Shown: positions 36,101-47,717 of the stretch, piece after piece
Numbering within the stretch: position 1 is the stretch's first letter
Layout: each line of letters starts with the position of its first letter
Assembly: GCA_048013815.1 (NCBI GenBank)
Contig: CM106586.1
Coordinates: forward strand, 13,268,001-13,332,000
Length of the DNA stretch: 64,000 nt
Direction of reading: 5' to 3'
From: Setoptus koraiensis
Taxonomy: Eukaryota > Animalia > Arthropoda
The notes under the pieces: model-generated
The model's input: only the letters and a program-made list of their open reading frames with translations
Told to the model about the DNA's origin: nothing
Database searches by the model: none
Made by a program: the position numbers and the translations under genes

Positions 36101-39100
36101 GCATTGGGGTTTGCATTAAGTAAACTGTTGGACAGTGTAGACTGGTCGGGGCCAACTGCCAGCGCATCATATGCGACCCGACGATAAACAATCGACTGAC
36201 TCGCCAACGAGTGCGACAGCGACTGTGCCGACCAATTGCGACACCGACGGCCAGTTTCGCGCATTGAAATTGCGCTCCTTGAGTGCGGCTTGTCGCAACC
36301 GCAACCACAAGCCAGCAACGACAACAGCAACAACAGCAACAACGGCAACAACAGCAACAACGGCGACAGGCAACAACAACAGCGCACTCACCTGTGCCCG
36401 CCGATCGCCAATTGCGACTACCTGCGGCTGCCATCGGAAGCGCGCTGGACGCTGCAAATTGGACGCCGAAAGTCATTGGCGGCGACGCCGAGCGAGCACG
36501 ACAAATGGCAAACGATGGCGAATGGTGTGCGATGCCAAATTAATTGAAAATAATAAAATTGCCATTCTAGTTCAATTTGACGAAAGAAGCGCCAGCCGAC
36601 GCGAGAGAATGCGCAAACTGGCAAAACAAGTCGCTGGCACGCAGGATTAGCCAGCGACTCAATTTAATTAACTTGTGCACTTTTGATTTATATTTCAATT
36701 TGAGCGTTGCGTCGGGCGCAAGCTCCCAGACACGAGCCGCCAGCGTATATACGAGTATCATGCGTATATGAGTATCATGCGTATATGAGTATCATGCGTA
36801 TATGAGTATCATGTGTACATGAGAGTGTGACGCAAGTGGCCGCATTATAGGCCAATTATTATCATCGACAGTGGCCATTTCGGGCGCAGTCGGCGCGGCC
36901 AGCAACGCGCACAATATTGTGCAACGCGCACAATATTGTGCAACGCGCACAATATTGTGCGCCGCGCCGGATAATCCCCGGCCCACTTTTATTATCGAGA
37001 CGCCTCTGCGGCCAGCGGTCAGCGGTCGGTGCGTGCATTGTGTTGCAACGCCACGCTGACGCCACAACACTGTCAACAGCTGATGGCTGCGCGCAGTATC
37101 GGCCATATTGCGTAACTGGCTGTCAGCCGCTGACAGCCATTCTTGTAATGTCCGCCAAGTCTTTGTGCGGGCAATGTCAACAACTCGCGCCTGTCAGCTG
37201 ACTGCGGCCCCAATGGCCGACGCACATATTGCGTATATATTGTGTATATGCTTGTGTGTATATTGTGTGGATATATCCGCACAATATCTGCACAATATCC
37301 GCACAGTATATACACGATGTTTACAGAGAGAGAGAGGCGACAAACTTCACTCTGCACTGATGGCCGGGATTAGCGCCGAGCGAGATTAGATTAGATAGCG
37401 GGATTAAACGCTGGCGCTGGCCGGCGGAACTTGATGACGCCGCTACTCACTGGCGGGCGGGCGGGTCCGGCCCGCGCCCCCTTATAGGCTTATGGGTGCC
37501 AGCCTGCGGCCACTTTAATCAACTGCAGCTCGCCACTCATCGCATGCCCGCGCACCAGTGCGGACCCACGCAGACCAATGGAGGCCCGCGTAGACCAGTG
37601 CAGAGCAATGGACATTGTCTAAGAGTAAATCACAGTGATACAAAGTTTATATGTCATCTCGTGCCAAGTTAATAACCGTTATTTTGTTTGTGTGTGTGTG
37701 TCGGCGCACTGTCGGCGAGCCGGCGACGTGGCGCCCCATTAAATTAAATAATAATAATAATAATAAACTTAACTGTTGTTGTAGAATGCACCGGCCATAA
37801 ATTGAATTGACTGCCCGCGTAGCGGTTAAGTCGCATTTAAGTTACATTTGAGTTGCGCCCAGAGTGGCCATTGTTGTCTCAACTCGCAATTGACTGACCC
37901 AATGTGGCGCTGAATTTGCTGAGCGCTGGCCGGCGCCGATTGCGGCCAGCGGTCAACGGTCAGCAGATATAATGGGGCGCACAAATTGAATTCAATTGAT
38001 CTATTGAATTGAATCTAAAGATGTGAAAGTCGCCCAGTTCGCACGCATTATCGTCGACGGTCGCCAGCGGACAGACGACACAAACGAAATGCCACACACA
38101 CAGCGAATTGCGAATTGCGAATTGCGAATTGTCCGAATTGGGGTCCCAATGAAGCGTGAAGCAGCCCGTGACCAGCGACTTGACCTATGCTGGCACCTTG
38201 CTGGCGCATTCAGTCTCGGCCGCCAGCCACCGCCGCACAACAACCTCGCAACAACCGCGCAACAACCGCGCAACAACCGCGCAACAACCGCACACGTCAC
38301 GACGCCTCATTGTTGCTGTTGTTTGGTCGCTGTTGTGGGTGTTGTTGCCGTTGTCGCTGTTGTCGCTGTTGCCGCTGTTGTGGTTGCGGTGGTTGCGGCG
38401 CTGACACTGTTGTCGCTGTTGTCGTTGGGGCGCCGACACTGACGCATATGGCGCACAGCGCGGCTTCGCTGCTGGCGTTGCGCTGGCCACGCGTCTCGAG
38501 CGCCTTTCATCGACTGGGTGTCGCCACTGGCCCCAACTGGGGCCCCGGTGCCACTGGCCGCAATTGGCGCACGGCGACACAACCGACGCACAACAGCACG
38601 CGGCGACTTACGTAACGGGCGGGCACACTTACGCAACCGGCGCAAACGAAAAGTCGCTAGGTGTCGCCAGAGGCGAAGGTGCGGCCCGAGCGCCGCCAGA
38701 CGGTCTAATCGGGCGCGTGTGCCTCCGCTGGCGTGTGTGTGACATTTTTTGGGGCCCGCTCAACCGTTTGTGTGCGTGTGCGTGTGTGTGTGCGTGTGTC
38801 CGCTAACTTGGCGGCCGAGATTTGTGTGCGCGCCAAGAATGGATAAACCGAACGAGCAGCCGAAGCGAGAGAATTGCTCAATTGATTGATGAGATTTGTG
38901 GCCCGCCATCATAGTTTGGCCTGGCCTACTGGCCATTGTTCTGGCTATTGTAAATTGTCGCTGTCGTGCTTGTTTTTGGTGGTTGTGTGGAAGCGCGTGA
39001 AATTATCCAATTGATTGCGTTTGGGTCAATTTTATTTCGCTCGGCCCCTGCTCTATATATATCTGGCCCCTCTGCGTACATCATCGGCTCTGGCCCCTCT

Positions 39101-42100
39101 GCGTATATCGTCGGCAGTGCGCACAACAGTCCATCAAGCAAGCATCACGGCTCGTTGGCGCTGTGCAACGTTGTTGTGCAACGTAGCGCGCGGTGTGCGA
39201 TATTGGTGTTGCGGTTAGCACGCGCACACGCCAACCGATCGCTGTTTTGTGCGCGTCCATTGCGAGCGAGCTCGCACAGGGGCCCCGCATGACACAGCGA
39301 CAACCATTAGTGGCGGCGCGAAGCGTGTGAAAGGGCCCATCGGTGCATCGGAATATTTTATCCATATTTTATCGGCGGCCAGTGTTTTATGCGGCAGCCA
39401 TTAACAGCTGACTGGCTGCCGAGCCAACTGCGACTGTGGGCACTTTGTTGCCACTGACTGAGTTGTGAGTCAACTATCAACGACCAACAACAACAACAGC
39501 GACAGACATTTGGTCGCTGACATTTGAATAATGGCCGATCGGCAGCGCGCCGGAAAAGCCGGCCCGTCGTGTGCGCCCGCCAACGAGCCCGCCAACGAGC
39601 CGGCCAACGAGCCGGTAACTAATTAATCGTCGCTGTCACACAATCGGTATCAATGATTCCCGAACGATGATGCTTTGTGTGTGTGTGTGTGTGTGTCCAT
39701 TGTGGCCCCATTGTCGAGCACATGACAGCGGTCGACGGCGATCCACTGGCCGGCGCGGCGCACATCGCGACGGACGCGAATCATTCAAATTCGAATTCAA
39801 TTCAATTAAACCCGAACTGCCGGCCCGGCCCGGCTCGGCCGGCCACTCGGGCACGGCAGCTGGCTTACCGGCTCCGCGGCGGCCGCACTCTCGCCAGCGT
39901 GAGCCGAGAGTCAGGTAAAAAGACGCTGCCATTAGCGCCGGCCACGAGTTGTCGGCGCGAACCCGCTCCTCGGATCGGATGAATTTCAATGAGCCCAAAC
40001 GGCGAATGAATGCGGACGCGTTCGCACGAATTTGAATGAATTCTGCAGCCATTCTTTTTGTGTGCGTGTGTGTGTGTGTGCGTGTGTGTGTGTGTGAGAA
40101 ATGGGCCAGCAACACGAGTCAACGCGAGTCAGCGCGAGTCAACGCGAGCCAGCACGAGGCGACGCGAGGCAGCCCGTTTTGCATAGTGCTGAACGCGAGT
40201 CGCGGATCAGGTAGAGAGCGGTTGTGCGGACGGCCATTAGCGGACCACCGCGGGCGATGATACATCGATGACAGAGAAGCACTCGCTATTGTCACTAAAT
40301 TGTGTGCGCTAAATTGCGAGTGTCAAGTCAAAAGTTAAATGTTGTTGCTCGGTTGTTGTTTTCGTTTTGACAACAACCAACAACGGATAAAACTGCGCGT
40401 TTCGTCGCCCGTCGTTGTCGCTCGTCGTCGTCGGCCGTCGTTGTCGGCCGTCGTTGTCGCCGCTCATTGGCGCTGCCCGCTGGCCGACCGTTTGCCAGCG
40501 ACAACAACCAACAACAACAACAACAAGCAGTCAACAACGACCAGCAACGACCACCAGCCAACGACAACCGGCAACGACAACCGGCCACAACAACCGGCAA
40601 CAACGGCAACACGCGCTGACAAACAATGACACAGCCGGCCACAACTGGACGTGGCCGCGACTCGCAGCCGAGTAGATGATGAAATTGAAATAATGCTCAA
40701 ATGGGCTCTTTTGTGGCCGTGTTTCGCTTTGAATCGAGGCGCAATGTGCCACTTGGCTGTGCCCACCGCTCGACTGCGCCTCGATTTGGGGCCGGCGGCA
40801 CAGTCGAGCAGCGGAGGCTGGCCCCGGTCAGCGAAAACAGTTGGCACAGCAATGGCTGCGAGCGTGTCCGCTCGTGAATAATTAAGCGGGCTTGTGGGGC
40901 GACAAGATGGCGCCCTAATGAGCGCCATTACGCGCCGTCGTGTTGCCGTTGGCGCGTCTTGGCCGACCCCGGCCCCCGGTTTATTTATCAGCAGCGCACC
41001 ATTAGAGCGCGCCAAATGTGGGCCACTGAGCCACGAGCAACGCGCCGGCCCCAACTCTCTCGTGGCAGCGTCATCGGATGCTCACATCGTCGTATGCTCA
41101 TTTCATCGGCTGGCCATATCGTCAAATGCTCGTATCGTCAAATGCTCATATCGTCGTATGCTCACATCGTCGTGCCGCTAGAAGTTGTCACCGGCGGTGT
41201 CGCTATCAATCTCAATCTATCCTATACGACGAGCGGCGACAACTGCGCCCCGACAACCACTGCCGGCCGTCACGTGAATTATTGCATGTTTGTTTTGACA
41301 ATCACTACAATCATTACCACCACTATTATTGCCACCATTATCGTGATCGTCATTACGCTCGTTATGGGGCGCTGTTTGCATGGCCGTAATCATCGGCACG
41401 CTGCAATGGCGGCCAATGGGGCAACATTCATTCATTCATTCATTTATTGGCACAACAATGGCGTTTGGTTGGTGTCCGCGTGAAACAGTTGCTACACTAT
41501 ACAACATATAGGCCAGTCAAGGCCGCCTATATGAGTGCCGTCTGCGCGACCAACGAGCGCGCAATCAGTGTACGCGCGCAATCAACATCACGCGCTCGCC
41601 GAATTAACCAATCAACATCACGCGCTCGCTGAATTAACCAATCAAATCGCTCGCAACGGTTAGACTGTGGCCGGTCAATCGACAGTACGTGCCCACTCGA
41701 AACGTTGACAGCCTTTGTTCGCCCGTTCACCACACTATTCAGGCCTATATCGCCACAGTCAGGCCTAACAAGTTGTAAGTGTTGCTCTCTGCGTGTCTAG
41801 CTCACTCTCACAAAGCCAGTTTATAACCAATGAGGGCCAATATAAACAGAGATTAGCGGCCTATAGCGGCCACAGGATGCGCGAGTCGTCGCCACCCATT
41901 GTCGGCTACTTAAACTTGAAACTTTCAAGTTGAAAGTGGCCCTGTCCGCACTATTCACGCGTGGATCAACAAACGAGACACAATGTTGCATGTGTCTATC
42001 GCGAGATAAATGAACGGACTGTGCCATCTGAAGCGACAGTTTGTGCACGTTCAAATCACGTGTTGTCACGCTTCGTGCGAGCGGCGCTAATTTGCATGCG

Positions 42101-44587
42101 CTTGTTTGCTCGCGTTCGGCCCCTCAGCAAACAAGCAGCGACAGCATGTTTGTTTTGTCACTCCACTCCGCGGCACAACAACAACAACAACAACGACAAC
42201 AACACCGGCGACAACAAGTGGGCAAACAGTTTCGCCCGTTTGTTTGTTGTTGGCGCAACCAGACTCACTCTACTTGCTACACTCTGGCCACGAGGGGCGC
42301 TGCGCACCAGGCGCCAAACTGATCTCACTACCACTGAGAGGGCAGCACGCGCTTTTGCACGAGCCGAGCGAGCCGTTCAACGAGCTAATCGTGCTCGTTG
42401 AGGCTCAACGGTTGAGCATGTTCAAGATTGTGCAAATACGTGCAAATAGGCGCAAATATTCTCGTCAAAACGGAACTTACCTGTGTGGGTGCGCTTGTGT
42501 ATCTTGAGATTCTCGCTGCGCGCAAACACCTTGCCGCAATTCTGAAACGGACAATGGAATGGCTTTTCGCCCGTGTGAACGCGTATGTGATTCACTAGCT
42601 TGTATTTGGCCTTGAATGGTTTGCCGTTCCTGTTGCAGCCTTGCCAGAAACAGGCGTGATTGGTGCACTCTGGTCCGCCAACGTGATCCACCGTTATGTG
42701 GGTGACAATTTCCTGAATAGAATGAAACACTTTTGTGCACAGTGTGCCCTGCGATATGTTGTACTGATGCTGCTGATACACACTCATGTGCTGCTGCTGA
42801 CCGGAAGTAGCTGACGATGGTGTTGTTGTGGTTGCTGTTGTTGCTGCCGCTGCCGCCGCCGCTACTGACGAGGCGTCGCTAGCGGCGCCCAAATGATGAT
42901 GATACGGATAGGTGGAACTGGCCTGCAACAGCTTGTGATAGGCCTCGTTGTGATGATTGTAGTCTGGGCCAACTTGGCCGGCCACGGTTGAGCCGGGCAC
43001 AACAACGCCGCTTCCGGTTGCCGTTGCGCTCGCCGGCTGGCTGCTGGCCGCAACGCCCGACCCGGTGGGTGTGTTCGTGGTGGCGGCGGCTGCGGCCACC
43101 GCTGCGGCCGCTATGTATGACGAATGGTAAGGCGAGGTGGCCGCTGCCACAGCTGACAACGCATGATGATAATGGTGACTCAGGTGATGGTGCTGATGAT
43201 GGTGCTGCAACTGATGATGATGGTGCCCCAAGTGATGCTGATGATAGGCACCGTGATGGTGATGCAACGAGTGCGCGTGATGGTGCATGGATGCCGCAGC
43301 ATGCTGCAACTGATGATGATGATGGTGCGGCGCGGGCTGATGTTGCTGCTGCAAATGGGGCACCTCGATCCATTGGCACACCCACGGGCCGCTTTTGCTT
43401 TGTAGCGCGGTCACTGTTGTGGCAACGCCGTTTTGGGTTGCGGTGGCCGACTGGGCAGCAGCCGCCGCGGCCGCCGTCGGGCTAGATTGGTGGGTGTGAG
43501 CTGTGCTGCTGCTGATAGTCATGGGCGTAATGGTGCCCGTGGTGCTAATTGAGTCGGTTTCGCTGTTATATTTGCCGTTGTCTGTCGGTGCTGTTGCCGA
43601 CGCTGTTGCTGTTGTAGTGACAATCATCGGCGACACGCCGCTGCTTCCGGTTGCGGAGTGTTGTCGGTTGGCCGGCGAGCTAGTTGCCGATTGCTGCTGA
43701 TGGGTGTGCAGTGTGTCGATGACGCTGCTCGTGCTGTACTGTCTGTCTTGGTGGTGCGGCAAGTCGTTGGTGTGATTGTACGATTGTTGTTGCAGGTTGT
43801 TGTTGTTGTGTGATGTTGTTGCAGCGGCTTGTTGTTGTTGGTGGTGCATTTGCGATGAATTCAGCGAGTCGGGCGCCGCATAACTACCGGCCGTCACCTG
43901 ATGAGATGCTGGGGCCGGCATGGGCGCCAACGGTTGATGCATCATAACCGCAGCCGCGGCCGCTGAGCCGGGATAATGTTGATGATGCAATTGGTCAGCG
44001 TGTTGTTGTTGTTGTTGCTGCTGTTGCTGTTGCGTGGCAGCGTAAATGGATTGATGTTGCTGATTGTGGTGTTGATAGGTGTGTTGTTGCTGCTGTTGCT
44101 GTTGTAGTTGTTGTTGGTGGTGGTGGTGGTGATGCTGTTGTTGCTGTTGTTGTTGTTGCTGCTGCTGCTGTTGGTCTATGTGCTGGTGCTGTTGAGACAT
44201 GTGGTGGTGGTGGTGGTGGTTTTGGTGGTAGGCGGCCGAGCTGGGCTGCAATTGGCCGTACTGTGCGGCGGTCTTGAGGGCGGCCGCGGCCGCCGTTGCC
44301 GCATCAATATTCTGGTAGTACTGATGGTGCGCGTGGTGCTGCTGGTAGCCGGCGGCACCGTTGGCGCCCGTCGAGCAGTACGCCGACGACAGGTAATGTT
44401 TTTGCTGTTGGTGCTGCTGCTGCTGTTGGGCTGTGTGCATTTGCAGTTGGTGCTGCTGCTGGTGCGACTGGTGCTGCTGTTGCGACTGGTGCTGCTGCTG
44501 CGACTGGTGCTGCTGATGGTGCTGGTACTGGTGGTGCTGGTGCTGGGAGTGCACCGTCGAGGTGCTCAATAAATTATTTCCAATCAT
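21352..44587 (-). CDS. opa: Zic/odd-paired C2H2 zinc-finger transcription factor, 3 exons (44587-42481, 29551-28108, 22207-21352), ~1468 aa
   Basis: ZF1-3 in exon 1 ([18 protein letters not shown]...[39 protein letters not shown]), a phase-1 intron in HTG|EKPF, ZF4-5 in exon 2 ([36 protein letters not shown]), and the Zic C-terminal motif EW|YV rebuilt across a phase-2 intron (GAATG|GTAAGT ... TAG|GTACGTT). Exon lengths 2107+1444+856 = 4407 nt, in frame. Confidence 0.93.
25035..25162. repeat. Degenerate 12-13-nt tandem repeat (GTTGCCGTATAA / ACTCGCCGTATAA) in Zic intron 2
   Basis: About 10 visibly related units. Confidence 0.75.
28108..29551 (-). CDS. opa: Zic/opa exon 2 (ZF4-ZF5 plus low-complexity region to ...GLSEW)
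   Basis: Acceptor CAACAG|GCGAGAAG at 29551, open frame to donor TG|GTAAGT at 28108. Confidence 0.92.
33131..33200. repeat. (ACA)n microsatellite, ~20 units
   Basis: Near-perfect trinucleotide run, which explains the poly-Q/T/C ORFs here. Confidence 0.95.
35471..35568. repeat. 14-nt minisatellite GAACCTCGAACTGC x5 then GAATTTCGAACTGC x2
   Basis: Directly visible tandem units. Confidence 0.9.
36753..36820. repeat. 17-nt minisatellite GAGTATCATGCGTATAT x4
   Basis: Three perfect units and one variant. Confidence 0.92.
36903..36962. repeat. 19-nt tandem repeat x3, each unit carrying the 14-bp palindrome GCACAATATTGTGC
   Basis: Palindromes at 36909-36922, 36928-36941 and 36947-36960. Confidence 0.92.
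42481..44587 (-). CDS. opa: Zic/opa exon 1 (His/Gln/Ala-rich N-terminus, ZF1-ZF3)
   Basis: Open frame from ATG 44587 to donor CACACAG|GTAAGT at 42481/42480. Confidence 0.9.
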
Positions 44588-47500
44588 GTTGACTTTGCTT
44601 GGCTCGTTGGCTGGCTCGCTGGCTCGTTCACTGGCTAGCTGCTGTGTGCGCGATTGCGAGCAGTCTGTCTGTATTGTTTGCGCGTGTTATTTTGCACGCG
44701 TCGCTGTCGTTTGTTGTTTATTATTCTGGCGCTAGGGCGCGATCGCTGCACTTAATCACTGTGTGTTGAATAAAAAGCGTGTTGCATTGTTCACTTCCGA
44801 TTGAGGCGACACCTAGACACTGCGTCAGTCAAGAGATGGTGTCTAGACGGAAACGGCTCACTTCACTTGGCACTTGTCAGCTGACTACTTTCGGCTATGA
44901 ACGATTGCAATTGTGATTGAGATGATGATTATATTGTAATAAATTAACTGTAAATTCGAGCGAGTGTCAGTGCTCAACGAACGCCAATTTCGATCTAGCG
45001 CTTCGCGTCGCACACACACACACACACGCACACACACACTTTCGTTCGAATGGTCGCTTTCGAGTTGGTGCGCATTCGATGTGCGCATCGTGCAAGCAGC
45101 GCCAGCGCCGGCCTGCGCAGACGGAATGCGCACAGACCAAAAACGGGCTTCTTTCCAGGCTTTCGCGTTCTTCTGCAGCCTTTTGCAGCAGTTTTCGCGA
45201 AAATCGGTATAGTCCACAATGTTCAAGTCAACAGCGCTATACTGCACGGCCAACAACAACGACAGGTTGAAACATCGATTGGCGCAAAAGGGCGACTGGT
45301 TGACGACAGCGACATTAACTAACTTAACTTGATATTGTCAGGCTGACAAGTTGTCGATGATATGAGCCACTGCAAACGCATCTCCCGCTCAACTGATGCG
45401 CCAACCGTCACTGACGCTCCTGCGACGAGCTTGCCAAAAAACTAACATTGATTGACATCGGTGGGCGCCCGATCTCCGTGGCCGCATTTGTCGCCGGCCA
45501 GCGGACAAATGCGGCCCACAGACGGATCGAGCGCAAGATTGTCGATGATATCATAGTAATACCATAATGGCGTAGATTAGCGAATTGGATTATGCTATTA
45601 TTACGGCTGCGCCAGACATTATTCACGCATGAATATGGCGGCGCAGAGTGAAAGCGTGTGCACTGTTGTGTGCGACTCGGGAGCGCTTATGCGCCACTGA
45701 TCGGGTGAGCGACGCATAAGTGCCCCCGAGACGCAGGGGCCCGCCAACAACGCTGCTCGCATCGGGCCAACAACGCTGCTCGCATTGGGGCCCCTTTGTG
45801 TGCCCGTTGGCGGGCCGATAATGGAGCAAGCGACAATGACGGAGCGCTGCGCAAAAGGCAACTGAGCATATGCAAATATGATGTTTATTATTTGGCTGCG
45901 AATCGTGTGTGCTCGTGGCGGTCGCTTCGACGCCGACAACTATCATTCATTTTTGCCAGTTTCGGCGGCTCGTTGGCCGTGATTGCCCGGCTTGCAAGCA
46001 GCGACAGTGGGCCCCGTTGGCGCAACACCGAGCCAACAGCGGCAACGACAACATTGAGCCAGCAGCAACAACGGCAACGACAGCAACAACAGCAACAACA
46101 ACATCGAGTCAGCGGCAACAACGGCAACAACTTCGAGTCAGGCTGCGCCATATAGGCCGAATGTGGAGCAATCTGTTGGTTCCGTTGGAGCCTAAAACAA
46201 TGCGGCCTGCATTCTTGGAATTCTTTGTTGTGGTGTGATGAATATCCGAGCGCAGGTTGTCAGCTTGTCGGTTGTTTGCGCTCGCATGAACAGAGCGAGA
46301 AAATCGATCTGTGCAAATCTGCTGCAAGTTGTTGCAGCTCATGCTCATAGTTTAATTAGCCAGCAACATTTAGCCAGCCAGTGAGTAGATGATTCATTCA
46401 TCGATGCAGCAACGGCGACATGCGAGCGATACGCAACCGACGATACCTGTGCCGCGACGGACAGCGACCCATGTATTTGTTTGGACTCCCCGTGGGGTGG
46501 TCACTATTACTATTCTCGTCTACTGATGGCCGCTATCTCTGCGCTGTCCATCTATGTCGAAACGAAATGGATTTGGTTGCCAGTTGCCAGTTGCCAGTTT
46601 ATTGCGTTGCTGCAACGGACAAAAAACGCCCAAAACAGGTGAAGAATTTCGAGAAAAATTGAACTCTGGCAGTGGCGACTCGCGACTGGCGAGGTTTTAC
46701 AAATTAAACAACACACACACACACACTTGCGAGCCCTTCAAATGGCGCACTCTTCGCCTGGCCAGACTGGCGAGTCTCGCGGGTCTCGCCGGTCGGCCGA
46801 CCGCAAGATCGCGTTTCCCATTTGCGTCTCGGGCTCTGCGGATTCGTTGTAATCCACTCCGCCACTCGCATGTGCGCATATGTGTGTATACTGGCCACTC
46901 TGCGTCTTGATTAATTCCATCTATTTTGCGAGTGCCTCTATTCTTTTCGGCCACTCGAACGCTCGAACGCTCGAACGGCTCGAACGGCTCGAATGGCTCG
47001 AATGGCTCGAACGGCTCGAACGGCTGCCCTTGTTGCGAACAAGCGAATGAGCGCCTATAAGCGACTCGGCCGCGATTATTACAAATGTGTGTGTTGTTTC
47101 AAGTTCACATGCCATGCCAACAGGCACTCAGAAGCCAAACAATTATTATCTTTTATCATTATTATTCTGACACGGCAAGCCGGCCGAACCAACAGCCAAC
47201 AGGCAAGCCAACGGGCCGACAGACGTCATGTAATTAGTTTCGCCCTGCTAGCTAACTACTAGACGCAAGCAATTGTTTTCGTCTATTGCGCAACTATCGC
47301 AGCAGCCTGCCTGTTTAATAATAATCATGATAATAACGATGGGCCGTGTCCAGCAACAATAACGACGCTCAAACATCTCGCTTTATGCTGCCCATGTCAA
47401 GTTGTTGCGTGCTCCGGCAACCAGATCTTGACGGCCAGTGGCCAGCTGATCACTGGCTGGCCAACCAGTTACAAATTGCCAGCCAGCGAATGCTTTTCTA

Positions 47501-47648
47501 TTGGTGTTTATCTGGATAAACACCAATAGTAACGAAGCTTTTAGGCGTCAGTTGACTCTCAGGCGTTAGCTGTGCGCTTGTTCCGCCAGTCCATGAGTGA
47601 CGGTCGCAGTAGAGGCCCACACTCTGTTTTGCCCGTCGACGACACCTC

Positions 47649-47717
47649 GCCGGCCCGAGCAACTCGCCGGCCCGAGCAACTCGCCGGCCCGAGCAACTCG
47701 CCGGCCCGAGCAACTCA
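47649..47717. repeat. 17-nt minisatellite GCCGGCCCGAGCAACTC x4
   Basis: Directly visible tandem units. Confidence 0.88.

Noticed and set aside
23168-42400. Dozens of 60-250 aa ORFs on both strands in the Zic introns
   Set aside because: They arise from GC-rich, stop-poor tandem repeats (poly-C/V/T/R translations), with no domains or coherent splice chains.
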